From: Candidatus Bipolaricaulia bacterium
GTDB taxonomy: Bacteria; Bipolaricaulota; Bipolaricaulia; JBHIAT01
Direction: 5' to 3'
Assembly (NCBI GenBank): GCA_046758705.1
Contig: JBHIAT010000002.1
Coordinates: 639 to 64,638 of the forward strand
DNA: 64,000 nucleotides
This document shows positions 58,387-64,000 of the stretch, piece by piece (positions within the stretch are counted from its first letter, which is position 1; each line of letters begins with the position of its first letter). The notes under the pieces were generated by a model that searched no databases, was not told where the DNA came from, and worked only from the letters and a program-made list of their open reading frames with translations. The position numbers and the translations under genes were made by a program.

Positions 58387-59326
58387 AGCGGATCTTGGGA
58401 TTCAGGAAGACGTAAACCAGATCGACGATCAAGTTGACCATCACGAAACTCATGGTGACAACTAGTACCACGGCCTGCAACAGCGGATAGTCCCTCTGGA
58501 CGATCGAATCCACGCCGAGCCTCCCCAGCCCCGGGATGGCGAACACCTGCTCCACGACAATCGCCCCACCCAGCAGGTAACCCGCAATGATTCCGATCAG
58601 GGTGATGATCGGAATCATTGCGTTTTTCAGCATGTGCTTGAACACCACGACGGTCTCGGGTAAGCCCTTCGACCGGGCGGTTGTGATGTACTCCTGCCGA
58701 CTCACTTCGAGCACCGAAGCCCTGACCATGCGGGCGATGGAGGCGGCACTCGGAATGGCCAGGGTGATAGCCGGCAGGAAAAATCCCCACAGGTTGCTGA
58801 ACGGGGCTTCGATGAACGAGGGAAAGTTGATGATCGGGAACCAGCCCAGGTAAACGCTGAACAACAGGATGAACATAGTGCCGCTCCAAAACGTCGGAAT
58901 CGATAACCCAAAGAGCGCGATGGATTGGAAAGACAGATCGATAATTCGAGAGAGAGAGGTCGCGGCGATCGTCCCCAACGGGATGGCAATGATCAGGGTG
59001 AGGAAGAGCGCATAAACGGCCAATTCTAACGTGAAAGGAAATCGTTGTAGGATGAGCTTGACAACAGGCTCTCCGGTTCGAACCGAGCTTCCCAGATCGC
59101 CTCGAAACACCCGTCCCAGCCACAGGAGATACTGGACATGCAGGGGTTTGTCGAGGCCGAGCGACTGTTTAAGCCGTTCGAGCAACTCGGGGTCCGCAGC
59201 TTCCGTCCCGAGCAGCACGGTAGCCGGGTCTCCTGGGATCAGGTGAACGATGGAAAAGACGATCACCGACACGACGAACAGGACGGGTATGAGGAGCAAA
59301 AGCCGTCTCAGGGCGTAGATCTGCAT
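58379..59326 (-). CDS. Peptide-type ABC permease (DppB-like)
   Basis: 'IPGDP' motif and EAA loop. Confidence 0.85.
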   Translation of the reverse strand: MQIYALRRLLLLIPVLFVVSVIVFSIVHLIPGDPATVLLGTEAADPELLERLKQSLGLDKPLHVQYLLWLGRVFRGDLGSSVRTGEPVVKLILQRFPFTLELAVYALFLTLIIAIPLGTIAATSLSRIIDLSFQSIALFGLSIPTFWSGTMFILLFSVYLGWFPIINFPSFIEAPFSNLWGFFLPAITLAIPSAASIARMVRASVLEVSRQEYITTARSKGLPETVVVFKHMLKNAMIPIITLIGIIAGYLLGGAIVVEQVFAIPGLGRLGVDSIVQRDYPLLQAVVLVVTMSFVMVNLIVDLVYVFLNPKIRYE

Positions 59327-59389
59327 CGTATTGAATACAAGAGGGGTTTAGGAGCATCCAGCCCTAAACCCCCCCTGACCTTCACTGAC

Positions 59390-60961
59390 TTATCGGTCGA
59401 GCCACGTTTGCCGCAACGAGATAATGGACTGCGTTGGCATCAGGAAGAAGTCCTGTACATCGGACCTCTCGACCGCGAAGATCTCGGCAGAACTGATGAA
59501 CAGGAAGGGAATTTGATCAGCGAGCCGGATCTGGAGGACTTGATAGATCTGCTTGCGTCTCTCGAAATCGGTTTCGGTTCTTCCCTCCTCCAACAGCCGG
59601 TCCGTCTCAGGATCGTTGTACTTAAAGACGTTGGTTGCGCCGCTGGAGAGGACGTGGCGGAACAGATGGATGTCCGGGTCGGTGAAGCCTCCGTTCAGGG
59701 AGACGAACGTGTCGAAGTCGCTCTCCCGCCACCGTTTGAGGAAAGTGGCGAAGTCCACCGATTCGATCTCGGCACTGACGCCAACCGCCTTCAGCTGCTC
59801 TTGGATCACCTGGGCGATCGTGATGGTCACAGGCACCGTGGGAATGGGCATGATCTTAAAGCTCAGATTCTCCTGGCCGGCATCCTTCAGCAGTTGCTTG
59901 GCCCTATCGATGTCTTGGACATAATGGGGCAAGACAGAGGGCATGACGGGCTCCCACTTGGTGACCGACGGCGGCAGCGATCCGCTCACCGCGGCCCGCC
60001 CGAAGTACACGATCTCGGCAATCTGCTGACGGTCGATGGCCAGGCTCAGGGCCTGCCGCACCCTCACGTCGTTGAACGGCTCCCGTGCATTCTGGATCCC
60101 CAACAGGCTGTAGGTGAGCGCGGGTACGGCGATGACGTCAAATCCCAGGATGCCCGCAAACGCCCCGGCGGTGGTGATATCGACTCCGAAGCCGAAGATC
60201 AAATCCACCTCGCCGGTGCGCAGGGCGGCTCGCAATGTGGCAGGATCGGGGATTTGGCGGATGAGCAGGCCATCCAGGAGGGGCAGACCCGAGTCCCAGT
60301 ACTCCTCGTGCCGCGCCAGCCTGACAAAGTCAGGACCGAACTCCACCAGCTTGAACGGCCCGGTCCCTAAAGTCTTGGTCTTGGGATCGCCCACCTTTAT
60401 CTCAAAATCCTGCGGCACGATCCCGAGACCGGGGCCGATCGCCATCGTCTCCAGGAAGGGTGCGAACGGCTCCTTGAGGATGACCCTGACCTCTGAGGGG
60501 GTGACGACCTCGATCCGGTCGATGAGATTGATCCGGCTGCGCTGGGGTGACTTCGTGTCCGGGTCCAAGATCCGCTCGAAGCTGAACTTCACATCCTCTG
60601 CGGTTAAGCGACTACCGTCGTGGAATTGAACGCCCGTTCGCAGCTTGAAGGTGTAGACCTTGCCGTCCGAAGAGATCGTCCAGGAGTTCGCCAGGGCCGG
60701 CTGAAGCTGAAGGTCCTGATCGAATCGCAACAGGCCTTCATAGATCTGCTCCATGACCCTGAACGAGGAGAAAGCCGTAGCCACATGGGGGTCAAGGTTG
60801 AGAATCTGTTGGGTGATCCCCACCTTCAGCACCCCACCGCGCTTGGGAACCTGACCCTGCATCTCCCCAACCATCAGGGCCAGTACCAAGAGAGTCAGAC
60901 CGAAGATCATCACAGCGTTTTTGATCCTCATAGATTCAACCTCCTCCTTATTTTTATGCAC
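59390..60961 (-). CDS. Family-5 ABC substrate-binding protein
   Basis: Signal peptide and SBP_bac_5-like layout. Confidence 0.85.
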   Translation of the reverse strand: MHKNKEEVESMRIKNAVMIFGLTLLVLALMVGEMQGQVPKRGGVLKVGITQQILNLDPHVATAFSSFRVMEQIYEGLLRFDQDLQLQPALANSWTISSDGKVYTFKLRTGVQFHDGSRLTAEDVKFSFERILDPDTKSPQRSRINLIDRIEVVTPSEVRVILKEPFAPFLETMAIGPGLGIVPQDFEIKVGDPKTKTLGTGPFKLVEFGPDFVRLARHEEYWDSGLPLLDGLLIRQIPDPATLRAALRTGEVDLIFGFGVDITTAGAFAGILGFDVIAVPALTYSLLGIQNAREPFNDVRVRQALSLAIDRQQIAEIVYFGRAAVSGSLPPSVTKWEPVMPSVLPHYVQDIDRAKQLLKDAGQENLSFKIMPIPTVPVTITIAQVIQEQLKAVGVSAEIESVDFATFLKRWRESDFDTFVSLNGGFTDPDIHLFRHVLSSGATNVFKYNDPETDRLLEEGRTETDFERRKQIYQVLQIRLADQIPFLFISSAEIFAVERSDVQDFFLMPTQSIISLRQTWLDR

Positions 60962-61116
60962 CGTATTTATGATACATGCTCTTCCGCAATCGCTTCAAAA
61001 AATCCTCGGCCGGTGACGGAGTGAGCCCGGCGTCAGACATAGTTGACGAGGATCACCCCACCGATTATTCTTAAACGCTATATCCTCAAATTCTGGCTCA
61101 GCGAGGTGGTCTACAG

Positions 61117-62130
61117 GTGGCAGATAAAGTCCGGTGGGGGATCATCAGCACGGCCCGGATCGCCACAAACGCTTTAATCCCGGCGATCCAAGCCTCAGAG
61201 AAGGCCGAAGTGGTGGCGATCGCCAGTCGTGAGCAGAGCAAAGCGGAGCGGATCGCAAACGCACTAGGGATCGAGACAGCTTACGGCAGCTACGACGAGT
61301 TGTTCGACGACCCGGAGGTCCAAGCGGTGTATAACCCGCTTCCCAATGGTCTACATCGCGAGTGGACCGTTAAGGCCGCCGAGAAGGGGAAGCATGTCCT
61401 GTGTGAGAAGCCGCTGGCCCTGAACGTGAGTGAGTGCCAGCAGATGATCGACGCGTGTCGCGAGCACAACGTGCTGTTGATGGAAGCGTTCATGTACCGG
61501 TTTCATCCTCGTCATGCGCGGGTCAAAGAGATCATTGCGTCGGGGAGGATCGGTGAAGTTCAGCTGGTGAGGACCGGCTTCTCCTTTTATCTCGACGAAT
61601 CTGAATCCGAGAATATCCGGTGGGGCAAGCTCGGTGGCGGCGCGTTGATGGATGTCGGTTGCTACTGTGTCAATGTGTCACGATTCATCTTCGATGATGA
61701 ACCGGTCGCCGTACAGGCTGCCGCTCACATCTCAGAGAAGTTTGATGTGGACAAAACGTTAACGGGCATATTGGAGTTTCCCGAAGACAGGTTCGCCGCC
61801 ATCGATTGCAGTTTCAACACGGGCTTTAGACAGTTCTATGAGGTGGTCAGCACTCAGGGCAAGATCGAGGTTCCTGACCCGTTTCTCCCGGGAGACGGGT
61901 CGGTTCCCGTGTTCATCACGATAGGCGAGTCACCGCGGGATGTGGATTCTGATCAGGAGATCATCCCAGGGGTCAACCAGTATACCCTGGAGGTCGATCA
62001 TTTCTCAGACTGTATCACCACGGGCGAGCCACCGCTCATTCCTGGGGAGGAGGGGTTGAAGAACATGAGGGTCATTGAGGCCCTGGACCGATCGGCTCGG
62101 GAAGGGCGCCGGGTGACTCTGGAAGAGTAG
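61117..62130 (+). CDS. Gfo/Idh/MocA-family NAD(P)-dependent oxidoreductase
   Basis: 'WGIISTARIA' Rossmann N-terminus and 'EKP' motif. Confidence 0.85.
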   Translation: MADKVRWGIISTARIATNALIPAIQASEKAEVVAIASREQSKAERIANALGIETAYGSYDELFDDPEVQAVYNPLPNGLHREWTVKAAEKGKHVLCEKPLALNVSECQQMIDACREHNVLLMEAFMYRFHPRHARVKEIIASGRIGEVQLVRTGFSFYLDESESENIRWGKLGGGALMDVGCYCVNVSRFIFDDEPVAVQAAAHISEKFDVDKTLTGILEFPEDRFAAIDCSFNTGFRQFYEVVSTQGKIEVPDPFLPGDGSVPVFITIGESPRDVDSDQEIIPGVNQYTLEVDHFSDCITTGEPPLIPGEEGLKNMRVIEALDRSAREGRRVTLEE

Positions 62131-62158
62131 GGGGCGGGTTTCAAACCCGCCCCCTACC
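62127..62158. terminator. Bidirectional perfect palindrome embedding the TAG stops of both convergent genes
   Basis: gtagggggcgggtttcaaacccgccccctac. Confidence 0.6.
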
Positions 62159-62894
62159 TCAAAAGCGCTGAAGAGTCCTTATCCAGGTAGATAGATGCAC
62201 TTTCGTGCTCCCTCAAAATAGAGGCGGGATGTTGTGGAGAGATTTCAGCTTCAAGGATCTGTTTCACCGCTTGTGCTTTCCGCCAGCCGGGGACCGTACA
62301 GATGATATGCTTGGACCTCATGATCTGCTGAATGGACATGGAAATCGCCTGGCGTGGCACATCATCCAAACGCTTAAACCATCCCTCCCCAACTTGCTGT
62401 TCTCGGCATCTTTTATCTAACTCGACGATGATGTAAGGTTTCTCTGTCTCGAAATCAGCGGGGGGATCGTTGAAAGCCAGATGTCCATTTTCACCGACTC
62501 CGACAAACGTCACATCGATCTCTTTGTCACCGATCATTTGATTGAGGCGTTCACATTCTGCCTCTGGATCTTCTGCATCCCCTTGAATGAGATGTACGGT
62601 GCCAGGATGAACCTGATCGATCAGCCGCTCTTTTAAATACTTGCGAAAGCTGGCAGGATGATCTTCAGGGAGGCCGATATACTCATCCAGATGGAACATG
62701 GTGGTCTTCGACCAGTCGATCGAGGGCTTTTTGACCAACGCGGCCAAGAATTCAAACTGCGATGTGCCCGTAGCCGCCACGAAGGTCGCTTCACCCTTTT
62801 CATCGATTGCTTTCCTCAGCAACTCTGCTGCCTGTTGGGCCGCGGCTTCGCTGATTTGATCCTTCGTTTCGAACATCTTGATTTCAAATGGCAT
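62154..62894 (-). CDS. nagB: Glucosamine-6-phosphate deaminase
   Basis: 'ATGTSQ' and 'HLDEYIGL' motifs. Confidence 0.9.
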   Translation of the reverse strand: MPFEIKMFETKDQISEAAAQQAAELLRKAIDEKGEATFVAATGTSQFEFLAALVKKPSIDWSKTTMFHLDEYIGLPEDHPASFRKYLKERLIDQVHPGTVHLIQGDAEDPEAECERLNQMIGDKEIDVTFVGVGENGHLAFNDPPADFETEKPYIIVELDKRCREQQVGEGWFKRLDDVPRQAISMSIQQIMRSKHIICTVPGWRKAQAVKQILEAEISPQHPASILREHESASIYLDKDSSALLR

Positions 62895-62909
62895 CTTTGC
62901 CCCCCTGTT

Positions 62910-63995
62910 CTATTGAGCCTTCGCATAAACAATTTGACCTTCGACCACGGTCATTTGAACCTCAATATCCTCATCAAAAACCACCACATCGCCTTTCATA
63001 CCAGGGGCCAGAGTCCCCCGCTCATCATCTATTCCCAAGATCTTAGCCGGGTTCACGGTCGCTGTCTGAACCGCATCCTGGATGGAAAGCCCCACCAGAT
63101 TGACCATGTTCCTCACCAACTGATCCATGGTTGCAACACTGCCCGCAAACGCACTGCGATCCAATAATTTTGCCACATAGTTTCCTGTTTGTCCGGGAAC
63201 TTCAAACGCTTCGGGGATTTGATCCTCCACAATGACATCGAGCCCCCCGAGAGAATACTCCCCGGCTCCCAGCCCGGCAGCCGCCATCGCGTCTGTCACC
63301 ACGGCGACCTGATCTAACCCTTTCGCTCTAATCACCAGCTTCATCAGGCTCGGAGGAAGATGATGTCCATCGGCTATCAGCTCTGTCGTTAACTCGTCCA
63401 ACAGAAGCGTGGATTCTATGACGCCAGAAACTCGATAAGCATCGACCCTTCTCAAACCCGACATTCCAGAGAACATGTGCGTGGCATGGCTATACCCGGC
63501 CTCAACAGCCGCAAGCACCTGTTGATAGGTTGCATCGGAGTGAGCGATTGAAGCTAAGATCCCTCGGCTACTTAGCTCTCGCCCCAGCTCCAACGCACCT
63601 TCTAACTCAGGAGCTGCTGAGAAACGGAGCACACAATCATACTGATCCAAAATGCTTCGATACACTTTCTTCTCAGGTTTTTTGAGAAACTCGGGATTCT
63701 GAGCCCCTCTCTGCTCGAAAGCGAAGTAAGGACCCTCCACATGAGCCCCTAAAATCTTGGCTCCGTGAACCGGGTTTTCCTTGGCGTAGGTGATCTTTTC
63801 GAGGGCTGCCCGGATATCGTCTATCGGTGCCGTTAATGTGGTCGGCAACAGGGCGGTTGTGCCAGTTTTGGCATGTGTTCTGGCGATCGTTTCCAACGCC
63901 TCAACGGTACCGTCCATCACATCTGCGCCACCTCCCCCATGGAGGTGAATATCGATAAATCCCGGAGCGATATATCGGCCGCCAACGTCGATCAC
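62910..63995 (-). CDS. nagA: N-acetylglucosamine-6-phosphate deacetylase. The 5' end is probably truncated by the window edge.
   Basis: 'GFIDIHLHGGGG' metal site. The normal N-terminal ~45 aa are missing, so the gene likely runs off the window. Confidence 0.85.
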   Translation of the reverse strand: MIDVGGRYIAPGFIDIHLHGGGGADVMDGTVEALETIARTHAKTGTTALLPTTLTAPIDDIRAALEKITYAKENPVHGAKILGAHVEGPYFAFEQRGAQNPEFLKKPEKKVYRSILDQYDCVLRFSAAPELEGALELGRELSSRGILASIAHSDATYQQVLAAVEAGYSHATHMFSGMSGLRRVDAYRVSGVIESTLLLDELTTELIADGHHLPPSLMKLVIRAKGLDQVAVVTDAMAAAGLGAGEYSLGGLDVIVEDQIPEAFEVPGQTGNYVAKLLDRSAFAGSVATMDQLVRNMVNLVGLSIQDAVQTATVNPAKILGIDDERGTLAPGMKGDVVVFDEDIEVQMTVVEGQIVYAKAQ

Positions 63996-64000
63996 CTGTG

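Noticed and set aside
1-64000. CRISPR arrays, rRNA, intact tRNAs, integrases/transposases, toxin-antitoxin pairs
   Set aside because: No regularly spaced direct repeats, no rRNA-like conserved stretches, no full tRNA cloverleaf, and no recombinase or transposase motifs (DDE, Tyr or Ser recombinase) were recognisable in any frame.

Overview
High-GC (~60-65%) bacterial chromosomal segment, densely coded and dominated by housekeeping and transport genes. Four peptide-type (family-5) ABC uptake systems are present but only one ATPase pair. The window also carries an sn-glycerol-3-phosphate/glycerophosphodiester uptake locus (family-1 ABC transporter plus phosphodiesterase), an Fe(3+)-type ABC transporter, a lysYZJK/argCBD-like amino-acid biosynthesis cluster, ribEBAH-hisS, yidC-jag, priA, alr, smpB, sodA, asnS, mtnA, and an anhydro-muropeptide/amino-sugar recycling cluster (anmK, nagA, nagB). 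Embedded in this backbone are several lower-GC accessory islets. (i) At the left edge, an amino-DNA-methyltransferase is paired with a small Vsr/PD-(D/E)xK-like nuclease-fold ORF. (ii) A two-gene STAS/GHKL-ATPase plus STAS-like(DUF4325)-wHTH module follows an AT-rich leader. (iii) A ~4 kb low-GC islet is bounded by a 5'-truncated tRNA-Val fragment and carries an alpha/beta hydrolase, a DUF123/GIY-YIG-like protein, a secreted protein and a low-GC MR/MLE gene translationally fused into a high-GC operon. Other notable points are a PriA with degenerate Walker A and B motifs, a decayed Rieske gene, a coding tandem repeat in a solute-binding protein, a family of stop-codon-embedding GC palindromes, and a hisS-coupled operon encoding a triple-repeat membrane protein and a ComEA-like protein. 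No CRISPR array, rRNA, intact tRNA, integrase or transposase was seen. All calls rest on motif recognition by eye; no database search was possible.
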